DNA of 64,000 nt from a virus (lineage: Duplodnaviria > Caudoviricetes), in IMG/VR virus record IMGVR_UViG_3300000727_000007, positions 27,921 through 91,920 of that record; one strand, given 5' to 3'. Positions 56,311-64,000 of this stretch are shown here, in pieces (the stretch's first letter is position 1; every line of letters starts with the position of its first letter). Made by a program: the position numbers and the translations under genes. The notes beneath the pieces are model-generated. The model saw only the letters and a program-made list of their open reading frames with translations. It made no database searches and was not told the DNA's origin.

Positions 56311-57693
56311 TTGAATAGAGATGGGTTAAACCATAGGAAAAAACGAGTTCGCAAAGGAACAAAGAAGATCAAAAAACCCGAATATAAGAAAAATATGTTC
56401 ATAAGTCTCATAAATGCACTAGAATTATACTCACAATTCCAAACACCCGATGGATTCACCTATTTAAGAGACCCATACGCCATTTTGTTACTTTTAGACC
56501 CAATAGGAGTCGATGTTCCTCTAGAACATCAGGCAGAATACCCAACAATTACATGCGAAGAGTACTATAATGCAGTTCTTGAAGGTAAAATGGAAGAAAT
56601 TCTTCCCAAAATGACCCTAAAAGAGAAAATGTACTGTCAATGGTGGGCTAAATTTAATGAAAAACCACCAATGGGAGAAATTTTAGAGCTTTTATGTAAA
56701 GCATGGAATATAAGACAGGAGCCCGTGAGGGCAACTTATGAATTTCAGCCTGATCCTATACCCATAGCGTTCGGGATTACTGCCCCAAGAATCAAAAAAG
56801 AACCATTAACGCCAGTCATAGGGATAGAATATAGTCAAATTTACCCTTCGCCCTTTCCAGAGAAGCGCAGATTCCCCTGTTGTGTAACCAAAAACAGGTT
56901 TAACACAGAAAAGTTCGTCCAAATTCACAAAGATGGAGACGTTTTTAAGTGTTTTTCCAAAGGAAAAGAACGAGATGACCTTATTTCACTCGAAAATTAC
57001 TCATATCTTACCGAAATTAAGCACTCATATGTCGTAGAAGGCTTTGTCGATCGCGAGGAAAGGCTCGCGATCTACGATGTACTTAATTGGAACGATATCT
57101 GGATGTACCGTAGACCTTTAAACGAACGTTTAAAGTGGTTATGGCACTTTGAACCACTCACAGAGGCGATAGCAATAGTTCACACAGAATCAGAATTGCG
57201 TTCTGTAGTAAAAGGATTCAATAACAATGCAATTATCCGTAACCTGAACACACCGTATTCGCACACGGCAGGTGATTCACACTTAGAGATAGGTGAACAA
57301 ACAGTAATATTACAAGTTGGAGGTCGTCGTGGTGGACGTGGTTTCTCATACTTGAACACAAGTGACAAAAATTCCGTGTTCCAGATACCTGAGAAGATAG
57401 ATAAAGAAGACTGGGGAGACATCGTTGAAGTAAATCAACAGGGCGACATCATAAGAGTAATGGATGACAACATAGTACCTGATTCCTGGAACGATGTTGC
57501 AATCAAATGGGGTAAGCCTATCAAATATGAAGATTGGGCTAATTCTATAAGACTTCCAAAATGTTCATGGTTCTCAAATTCAAAAGAAATTGAAGACGAA
57601 AGAGTAGAAGAAGTAAGACGTAGACATAAAGCCAGAAAAGAAGCAAGGAGAAAGAAACGTGGAAAGACTAGAGACAAGGTTCAAGAACTTTAA
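56311..57693 (+). CDS. protein with degenerate ATP-dependent DNA-ligase-like nucleotidyltransferase domain
   Basis: VQIHKDGD.FKCFS, VVEG, IYDVL.WND...RPLNERL, IIRNLNTPY resemble ligase motifs, but KxDG is missing; basic termini. Confidence 0.6.
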   Translation: MNRDGLNHRKKRVRKGTKKIKKPEYKKNMFISLINALELYSQFQTPDGFTYLRDPYAILLLLDPIGVDVPLEHQAEYPTITCEEYYNAVLEGKMEEILPKMTLKEKMYCQWWAKFNEKPPMGEILELLCKAWNIRQEPVRATYEFQPDPIPIAFGITAPRIKKEPLTPVIGIEYSQIYPSPFPEKRRFPCCVTKNRFNTEKFVQIHKDGDVFKCFSKGKERDDLISLENYSYLTEIKHSYVVEGFVDREERLAIYDVLNWNDIWMYRRPLNERLKWLWHFEPLTEAIAIVHTESELRSVVKGFNNNAIIRNLNTPYSHTAGDSHLEIGEQTVILQVGGRRGGRGFSYLNTSDKNSVFQIPEKIDKEDWGDIVEVNQQGDIIRVMDDNIVPDSWNDVAIKWGKPIKYEDWANSIRLPKCSWFSNSKEIEDERVEEVRRRHKARKEARRKKRGKTRDKVQEL

Positions 57694-57955
57694 GATAGAT
57701 ATCTGGAGACAGAGTCAAAACGTAGACCCTGCTCGTGATTTATTTCATTATTCCATCTATATGAAGACACATAATGGAATTGATTCACATAAACCAGATT
57801 TGTATGACCCACATGTGTGGAAATTTATACAAAGTGAAGAAGATGATGAAATAGCCGGTGACGCATTCCCTTTTGTTATGAGCATAGTAACGAGAATGAT
57901 GAGGTCTATTGAAAAGGATAGAAAACTGTATAAAATAAAGGTGGAAGAATGTTAG
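57659..57955 (+). CDS. hypothetical protein
   Basis: AGGAG RBS, operon packing. Confidence 0.55.
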   Translation: MERLETRFKNFKIDIWRQSQNVDPARDLFHYSIYMKTHNGIDSHKPDLYDPHVWKFIQSEEDDEIAGDAFPFVMSIVTRMMRSIEKDRKLYKIKVEEC

Positions 57956-58140
57956 AAGAACATGAATATCACGTAAGGATAATCAGAAATCCTGGTTGGC
58001 ATATATTTAGTAAATACAATGTGCACGTTGATATAAGGATGATAGGGACAGCTAGAACATTAGAACAAGCGAAAGAAATGGCAGAGATGTATGTTGCAAC
58101 GGCTAAAAGAGATTACACAGTTGCAGACTATTACATATAG
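57949..58140 (+). CDS. hypothetical protein
   Basis: AGGTGG RBS, overlap with the upstream gene. Confidence 0.55.
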   Translation: MLEEHEYHVRIIRNPGWHIFSKYNVHVDIRMIGTARTLEQAKEMAEMYVATAKRDYTVADYYI

Positions 58141-58151
58141 GAGTTGTAAAT

Positions 58152-58403
58152 ATGGACGATGCAAATATAGTATTATTAGAAGAAGTTAAAACAGCAAGAA
58201 AAACATTAGCAAGTATGCAAATAGACGAAATAGAAGTAGACAAAGAAGTAATAAAATCAATAGCTGATATGTTAGCTAATGCATTGATTACAGTGACAGA
58301 CGCAAATGACCGTGACCAAATGTATCTTGGACTTGAGTTAGGTTTTAATGTATCCAGAAAAATAATGAAAGAATTAGATGACGAAGAAGAAGAACAAACT
58401 TAA
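58152..58403 (+). CDS. acidic helical hypothetical protein
   Basis: AGGAG RBS. Confidence 0.6.
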   Translation: MDDANIVLLEEVKTARKTLASMQIDEIEVDKEVIKSIADMLANALITVTDANDRDQMYLGLELGFNVSRKIMKELDDEEEEQT

Positions 58404-58474
58404 TATAGAATGAGTGACAACTTAATTAATAGGAGATAAATAGTACAAAGTTGTTATAAGAAAATAGTATATCC

Positions 58475-58550
58475 GGACGGGGTCCCTCCTATCCCCGTCT
58501 TATTGTTATTTAATTACACACCTCTGTTCTGCATGAGGGGAAGAACCCTC
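58475..58550. terminator. two GC-rich hairpins between convergent operons
   Basis: GGACGGGG/CCCCGTCT and TGAGGG/CCCTCA stems. Confidence 0.5.
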
Positions 58551-58782
58551 ATGTAATTACCTTTGCTGTTATTATTTTTCTAAAAGCAAATCTTTCTTTA
58601 TCACAGTCTTTATCATCTTTCATTGTAATGGAAACATTCATATTATTTTTAAAAGCTTCTGATAGGTCACTATATATTCTACTCATGGCTTCTCTAAAAC
58701 ATACTGCTCTTAAAAGACCAAGTCCATCTAATTCTAAAGTTTCCCAACTCATTTCGTATCCTGTTTCTGATTCTAATTTCAT
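58549..58782 (-). CDS. hypothetical protein
   Basis: GGAGGT RBS. Confidence 0.6.
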   Translation of the reverse strand: MKLESETGYEMSWETLELDGLGLLRAVCFREAMSRIYSDLSEAFKNNMNVSITMKDDKDCDKERFAFRKIITAKVIT

Positions 58783-58943
58783 TTAGCTACCTCCGCTTTA
58801 ACTATATTTCTGATTGCTTCTACATGTTCTAAAATTTCTTTTGCTGCTGGCTCAGAGGATATATAGTGGAGTTGATCCTCCACATCCATCATAGTAAAGT
58901 CTACAAGAGCCATTACATTTTTAATCCCTGTTTTTCTAGTCAT
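58779..58943 (-). CDS. 54-aa hypothetical protein (not in ORF track)
   Basis: MTRKTGIKNVMALVDF...AEVAK; ATGA overlaps at both ends. Confidence 0.55.
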   Translation of the reverse strand: MTRKTGIKNVMALVDFTMMDVEDQLHYISSEPAAKEILEHVEAIRNIVKAEVAK

Positions 58944-59377
58944 AAGAAAATCGCCCTGATAGCATCTTTAAGGTCACCAAAGTAACCTCTAATTTTCTGC
59001 CATAGTGAGATCGCAGTTTCATCAGTGTATAATCTTAACTGGCCTGTTATTCTGTCTATTTCTTTGTTATCCCATGGACCAATACCAAGGCATGTCATAG
59101 TTCCTTCTTCAACTTCAGTTAATCCAGCATCTACAACTGCAAAGCATGGTAATTCAGCCATGTTGTTTGCTAAGTAATAATACCATTTAAGGTCTATTAG
59201 ATTTTCTACTTCTAACACTACTACTCTTTCTAAATCATTCGCCCATTTCTTTTGTATGTCTTTATCCATTGCTTCAGCAGATTTAAAAGCACCATGCCCG
59301 GCGTGTACACATTGCGCTCCCATTTTTCCACTGCTTGTACCTAAGTCTTTTCTATAGAGTATTACTAGTTTTGTCAT
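58940..59377 (-). CDS. pth2: peptidyl-tRNA hydrolase, Pth2 (archaeal/eukaryal type)
   Basis: RKDL..SSGKMGAQCVHA, VVL.V, DAGLTEV..GT.TCLGIGP, ID.ITG.L.L. Confidence 0.92.
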   Translation of the reverse strand: MTKLVILYRKDLGTSSGKMGAQCVHAGHGAFKSAEAMDKDIQKKWANDLERVVVLEVENLIDLKWYYYLANNMAELPCFAVVDAGLTEVEEGTMTCLGIGPWDNKEIDRITGQLRLYTDETAISLWQKIRGYFGDLKDAIRAIFL

Positions 59378-59379
59378 TA

Positions 59380-59763
59380 TTAACACCTAAATATTTTTCT
59401 TATTAAATAATCTTCTTCTTTTTTATTTTCTTTATAAGTTCTAACCCGTGGACAACTAATATCTCCACATTTATCGGGACCAATACAGAAACAAACCTTT
59501 GGTTCCTTCTTATTTACATATTCATACTTATCGAAAGAACATTTCTCTTTTTTGGGTTTAATCCTGGTAATTACATCCTTAATTACATTTTCATCAGGAG
59601 TCCTGTTGATTGCAGGTATTACTTCTCTGTCAATTTTTATAGCTTTATTTTCTTCTATCTTTTCTGTTGCATTACTCCCACAAAGTGGACATACTGCATT
59701 CATATTCATGTACTTTACTGGTACAAATCTTCTTTCACAATTCCTACAATAATAATCACTCAT
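59380..59763 (-). CDS. zinc-ribbon protein
   Basis: YYCRNCERRF...CPLCGS plus a second Cys cluster. Confidence 0.65.
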   Translation of the reverse strand: MSDYYCRNCERRFVPVKYMNMNAVCPLCGSNATEKIEENKAIKIDREVIPAINRTPDENVIKDVITRIKPKKEKCSFDKYEYVNKKEPKVCFCIGPDKCGDISCPRVRTYKENKKEEDYLIRKIFRC

Positions 59764-60121
59764 CGTACATACCCTCCACTAGATAACCCCAGTTAGTGCC
59801 TAAGTTTCCACTAACCCAGTCAATCTGTTCGTTTGTTTCTGTAATTATATCTTCATAATATTTTACTAATCCAATTATTAAATCTACAAAAGATGTACCT
59901 TCTTTACCTTCTATCCAATTGGGTTGCTCAGCGATGAGATAATTAGCGAGCTTTGCTAATTCATCATACATCTTTGCACTTTGTACACCTAACTTAATAC
60001 ACTCTTGTTCTTTCTGTGTTAAGTCGATAAGTAATTGGTTGATGTATTCTGACATTGCATAGTTTTCTAACCCAAAGGCTTTTGGGGCATGATACATCAG
60101 TATCTCTGTTGTTCTAAACAT
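59756..60121 (-). CDS. hypothetical protein
   Basis: GGTGA RBS. Confidence 0.6.
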   Translation of the reverse strand: MFRTTEILMYHAPKAFGLENYAMSEYINQLLIDLTQKEQECIKLGVQSAKMYDELAKLANYLIAEQPNWIEGKEGTSFVDLIIGLVKYYEDIITETNEQIDWVSGNLGTNWGYLVEGMYDE

Positions 60122-60125
60122 AATA

Positions 60126-60323
60126 TCACCATATCATTCCTCCCCTGCTTGTAAAGAAGGGGATTTTAATTTGAGGCAATTCTGGAAATTCTTTATAGAT
60201 TACCTTAGCTTGTTTTCTTAGACATTGAAAAAGTTCATAATTTTCTTCAGAGGCATTACACCCTTCCATATCCCACATTTTGTTTTGTATTTCAAGTAAT
60301 TCTACTGCGGGGTGTTTGGTCAT
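60126..60323 (-). CDS. hypothetical protein
   Basis: Operon packing. Confidence 0.55.
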   Translation of the reverse strand: MTKHPAVELLEIQNKMWDMEGCNASEENYELFQCLRKQAKVIYKEFPELPQIKIPFFTSRGGMIW

Positions 60324-60475
60324 ACTTTTTCTCCTCTGAATCTTAACATTGATTGTTTCCTACGTATCTTCATTTCCATTCCCCTGATACGTTCTTCTTT
60401 CTTCATTCTTTTTTGTCTTCCAACATTGAATCGTATTGCTTTGTGTAATTCTGCTACTCTAGTTCTTTTGTCCAT
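60320..60475 (-). CDS. small Arg/Lys-rich protein
   Basis: TAATG coupling; highly basic. Confidence 0.5.
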   Translation of the reverse strand: MDKRTRVAELHKAIRFNVGRQKRMKKEERIRGMEMKIRRKQSMLRFRGEKV

Positions 60476-60798
60476 TATGATCTCTCCAATTGTTCTCCGC
60501 AAACTTCAATAGATTTTGCTGCGTATTCTGTTGCTTCTATTAAATCTTCTAAGGCACTCTCGAATATTTCTACACCAGGAATACCTTTTTCTTTTCTTTG
60601 TTTAATCATTTCTTTTAAATACACTATTTGCATTCTTCTGGTTTCATCAAAATACCTCTGCTTCTTAGCTTCTTCGGCTTTCCTTATTTCCATAGCAACT
60701 TCCCAAGCGGTATAAGTCTTTCCTTCGATAGACTTATGCTCAAAATAGGAAATAATCTCATCTATGTCCATATGTCGTTCCCAGTAATCACAGCCCAT
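60475..60798 (-). CDS. hypothetical protein
   Basis: Operon packing. Confidence 0.55.
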   Translation of the reverse strand: MGCDYWERHMDIDEIISYFEHKSIEGKTYTAWEVAMEIRKAEEAKKQRYFDETRRMQIVYLKEMIKQRKEKGIPGVEIFESALEDLIEATEYAAKSIEVCGEQLERS

Positions 60799-60988
60799 GT
60801 TCAACCCATCCTAAATATTTTTGTTGTAAGTACCTGTAAATCAATTCAAAAGCTATACAGAATAGTATATACCCTATAACGAAGTAAGGGTCGAGAAATT
60901 TTGATTTATCAGGCAATAAAATAAGTGCTATAAAAAAGGCTACAATGTACGGTAATACGCTTTGATTAAAAGTTGTCTTCGTCATCAT
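60788..60988 (-). CDS. small two-TM membrane protein
   Basis: Two hydrophobic segments. Confidence 0.55.
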   Translation of the reverse strand: MMTKTTFNQSVLPYIVAFFIALILLPDKSKFLDPYFVIGYILFCIAFELIYRYLQQKYLGWVEHGL

Positions 60989-61616
60989 CGTTCATCAACT
61001 CCAATTGGAAATGTCTTGGTGTAGAATAATCCTTAGTCATTATTAAACCTGCTTCTAAAAGTATATCGATTAATTCTTCTCTAGAATATTGATACACATG
61101 CTCATCTACGTCAGGTTTAGTTATTTGTGGGTTTGGCATTTCATCCACACTATTATAGAACTTAGTAATTCTACCCCATGCTTTTGCGTCTGGTGTAGAT
61201 AAGAATAACTTACCACCTGGTTTTAAACCATCCCTGAGTTTACGCAAAGTAGGTATTGGGTTAAAGTAAAGATGCTCTAGAACTTCTGTGAATATTATCC
61301 TGTCGTAGCGTTTTACTGGAATATCGGTTAACTCTATATCTGCAATAAAGAAATCGATATCAAAATAAGTTATTACTTTTGAATCAATTATTGGTTTGAA
61401 GTCGATTGCTTCAACATCTGCTTTATAGTGTTCTCTTGCAAAAGCAGCTAGCGTACCGTATGCACATCCAACATCTAATACATCAGCAACTTGTTCTGTG
61501 TCTTGTTCCATCATTTTAAGGATGTTACCCCAATATGATGTTTCATCTTTTCTGTATGTTTTGTAGTATTCATTGGATGAGTAATTCTCTATCAGGTCTT
61601 GTATTCTTTCAATCAT
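60966..61616 (-). CDS. class I SAM-dependent methyltransferase (not DNA-MTase type)
   Basis: VLDVGCAYG, FTEVLEHL, LKPGGKLFLSTP. Confidence 0.88.
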   Translation of the reverse strand: MIERIQDLIENYSSNEYYKTYRKDETSYWGNILKMMEQDTEQVADVLDVGCAYGTLAAFAREHYKADVEAIDFKPIIDSKVITYFDIDFFIADIELTDIPVKRYDRIIFTEVLEHLYFNPIPTLRKLRDGLKPGGKLFLSTPDAKAWGRITKFYNSVDEMPNPQITKPDVDEHVYQYSREELIDILLEAGLIMTKDYSTPRHFQLELMNDDDEDNF

Positions 61617-61622
61617 ATAATT

Positions 61623-61790
61623 TCACTTCGCTATTAATGCCCATATCAATCCTACGAATATCGCTAATAATACAAAAGGCCAAGTATAAGTAAGTAACAC
61701 TAAAAACAAACCTACTAGTACACATAAGATTGGTACACCAACTACACATACTATTATTATGCCGATAAATTCTCCTATTGATACGCCCAT
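61623..61790 (-). CDS. 55-aa very hydrophobic membrane protein (not in ORF track)
   Basis: MGVSIGEFIGIIIVCVVGVPILCVLVGLFLVLLTYTWPFVLLAIFVGLIWALIAK; AGGTGA RBS, TTTATAA upstream. Confidence 0.65.
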   Translation of the reverse strand: MGVSIGEFIGIIIVCVVGVPILCVLVGLFLVLLTYTWPFVLLAIFVGLIWALIAK

Positions 61791-61990
61791 ATTTATCACC
61801 TATTATATCTTTGTTATTCTTACTTATAAAGCTATGGTATGTTTACTATAATATTATAGCAAATTTACTATAGATTTCCCGCGCATTTTTAGGGTACCTA
61901 CTTACTAAGTGAATTTTCCTGCCTGAGTTAATTTTAACTTTTCCAAAAATCCTCTTCCGATACTGACTCACTAACCACCAACCATCCGTG

Positions 61991-62079
61991 CGCACAACAG
62001 CGTGCTTCCTTTCCTTTGCGTATACGGGAATACTCTGTTTCCGTGGTGCTCTTTTTGTGCGGTTCTTTCTTTTTATTTT
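61991..62079 (+). ncRNA. candidate structured small RNA
   Basis: Terminal stem CGCACAA/TTGTGCG plus AGCGT/GTGCT, pyrimidine loop, 10-bp hairpin, U-rich tail. Confidence 0.3.
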
Positions 62080-62106
62080 GATGAATTAATAATCGAGGTG
62101 AACAAC

Positions 62107-62379
62107 ATGGAAAGTATAGGAATGAAGATACATGCGTTAACTTGTGACCATAAAGGGCGTGAGTTCAGGCAAACTGGTAAATGGATAAATGGTTTAGTTG
62201 ATAATATAACTGATAAACCATGTGTGCCTACATTAGCACATATATTAACTAAATGTAATCATGATAATCTACATTTAATAGGTATTACATGGGATACTAC
62301 ATTAGAAAAACACTTTATATGTAAAGATTGTGGTGAACAAATAACTATGTGTGATACAGAGGTTGATTATGATGAGTAA
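62107..62379 (+). CDS. Cys/His-rich putative Zn-binding protein
   Basis: CDH, CNH, CKDCG motifs; GAGGTGA RBS. Confidence 0.65.
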   Translation: MESIGMKIHALTCDHKGREFRQTGKWINGLVDNITDKPCVPTLAHILTKCNHDNLHLIGITWDTTLEKHFICKDCGEQITMCDTEVDYDE

Positions 62380-62797
62380 TACTATTAAGCATGCAATAGT
62401 AGGTAGTCGTACTATACACAACTATCCTGCTATATCTAAGATATTAAAACAACATGATATACAAGCTATAATAAGTGGTGGTGCTAAGGGTGTAGATACA
62501 TTAGCTAATACATACGCTGATAAGCACAATATTGAAATAGTTAATATATACCCTAAATGGAATACACATGGTAAAAAAGCAGGCTATATACGTAATAAGC
62601 AAATAGTTAATCTATGTAATGTAGTATTAGCTTTTTGGGATGGTAAAAGCAAGGGTACTACACATAGCTTTACATTAGCAAAGCAATTACATAAAGACTT
62701 GTATATATACGTATATAATGTAAATAAACGTTGTTTTGAATTACATTTACATTATGACTATAGTGCTAAACAACAATCTAAATTAGATGATTTTTAA
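62369..62797 (+). CDS. SLOG-superfamily protein (YspA/DUF2493-like)
   Basis: AIVGSR, ISGGAKGVDTLA, AGYIRN, AFWDGKSKGT. Confidence 0.85.
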   Translation: MMSNTIKHAIVGSRTIHNYPAISKILKQHDIQAIISGGAKGVDTLANTYADKHNIEIVNIYPKWNTHGKKAGYIRNKQIVNLCNVVLAFWDGKSKGTTHSFTLAKQLHKDLYIYVYNVNKRCFELHLHYDYSAKQQSKLDDF

Positions 62798-62854
62798 TTT
62801 TTAAATTTATTTTTTTCTTAATAATTGAATTAATAAAATAATTAGGTGATATAT

Positions 62855-64000
62855 ATGAATATAGAACAATATATGAATGATGAACAGAAAAAAGAATGGG
62901 ATATGTACAATCAGATACCTACTAGAGATGGTAACTATACAAGCCTACATGACAATACAGATATGAGTTTGTTTAGTTATTCTGAAATACAAAGATATCA
63001 TGAAACAAGATATAGTAGGGCATTAGGTAATCATTGGCAAGATGTTGAATTACAATCTAGATCTAAAACAAAAAATCGTATATTCGTAGAAAAAATGCAA
63101 ACTATGCATCCTAGTTGTATAATTAACAATTATGGACATTACACTATAATAGATCAATATATGGAATTATTGCCATTACGTCCTAAACAATCAGTATCAG
63201 GTAGACACTATATGTACATAGAATCTATAGAGTCATGCTACATATCAGACTTAGACAGTGGAGAAGAGCCTTTTAATAACCCTTATAATAGGATGTACCC
63301 ACATCCTAAAAACCCAAATAAAGTCGATTATGTAGGCAGTACATTATTCCCAGATATAGGCGCAGATAAAGTGCAATATTGGGAAGTAGATAATGTACAT
63401 AGAACAATGGGCATGCCTAGATACAGATATGAAGATCGTATGATAAGCATTGATATAAAAGGATATGACAATATAGGCCCACGTAATATACGCATATCAG
63501 TACCCAAAGGCAATGATCTAGATACAGGATTGCCCCTATATAGAGATATCGAATTACTAAAAATAAAAACAGTAGGCAGTACATTCTACTTACTACCTAT
63601 ATGCAAATATGGCGATTACTGGATATACAATTCCTTTAATAAAAACCATCAACATGCAAAAAATCTAACAGGAAAAACAAGAACTAACCTATATAGAAGA
63701 TACAAAATAAAAGAACAAGGATTTAACGAATCAGGAAAATGGATTGTACCACAAAGATTCACAAAACAAAAAGAAACAATCATAGAAACCGAATTAGTCA
63801 CATTAAGAATAACACATAACCAATTACACAAAATCGAACCTGACACAATACAAAGAAAACAACAAAAACTACACAATCTAATAAACGAAATGGAAAAATA
63901 CATGCGCTCCACCGCACCCGAACTATTCGAAACAAGAATAAACATACTAGACTTCATAACAACCGATCTAAAACAAGAAATCGCAGAAATAACCGCATAA
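62855..64000 (+). CDS. hypothetical protein
   Basis: AGGTGA RBS; long ORF ending TAA at the window edge; C-terminal coiled coil. Confidence 0.65.
   Translation: MNIEQYMNDEQKKEWDMYNQIPTRDGNYTSLHDNTDMSLFSYSEIQRYHETRYSRALGNHWQDVELQSRSKTKNRIFVEKMQTMHPSCIINNYGHYTIIDQYMELLPLRPKQSVSGRHYMYIESIESCYISDLDSGEEPFNNPYNRMYPHPKNPNKVDYVGSTLFPDIGADKVQYWEVDNVHRTMGMPRYRYEDRMISIDIKGYDNIGPRNIRISVPKGNDLDTGLPLYRDIELLKIKTVGSTFYLLPICKYGDYWIYNSFNKNHQHAKNLTGKTRTNLYRRYKIKEQGFNESGKWIVPQRFTKQKETIIETELVTLRITHNQLHKIEPDTIQRKQQKLHNLINEMEKYMRSTAPELFETRINILDFITTDLKQEIAEITA

Noticed and set aside
60966-61616. Methyltransferase as a DNA MTase of a restriction-modification system
   Set aside because: No DPPY/NPPY or PC motif; EVLEH and STP motifs fit small-molecule or glycan class I methyltransferases.
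62002-62106. Hydrophobic N-terminal extension of ORF 62002-62379
   Set aside because: A strong GAGGTGA SD precedes ATG 62107; the upstream part coincides with the structured, U-rich non-coding element.

Overview
The window is a gene-dense, AT-rich segment of a large head-tail (Caudoviricetes) virus with a contractile tail. No host genes, integrase or att site are visible. The host is almost certainly an archaeon. Evidence: a tRNA-Tyr with a C1:G72 pair and a perfect bulge-helix-bulge (BHB) intron, archaeal-type Pth2, GGTGA/GGAGG ribosome-binding sites, and BRE-TATA promoters including leaderless genes. A methanogen of the Methanobacteriales is my inference. Layout: (i) 1-7.9 kb, + strand: C-terminus of a Ro60/TROVE protein, a tandem-domain Nmad1/DUF1599 protein, three tRNAs, a papain-like protease, an SNF2 helicase, MazG and a DHH phosphoesterase. 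(ii) 7.9-55.4 kb, - strand: one long morphogenesis region with TerL, portal, two glycosyltransferase-like genes, protease/scaffold, MCP, neck, sheath, two tube paralogs, a frameshifting chaperone, a 2609-aa tape measure, baseplate, two large lectin-module fibre systems and small membrane proteins. (iii) 55.5-64 kb: HTH-LAGLIDADG protein, a degenerate ligase-like protein, Pth2, a SAM methyltransferase, a structured intergenic element, a SLOG protein and a compositionally distinct right end. Best leads: a viral RNA/translation quality-control set (Ro60, intron tRNA, A37 tRNA-Pro, Pth2, a Y-RNA-like candidate), a putative virion-glycosylation cassette inside the head module, and bead-on-string adhesin fibres. 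All protein calls come from motifs recognised by eye, not from database searches.
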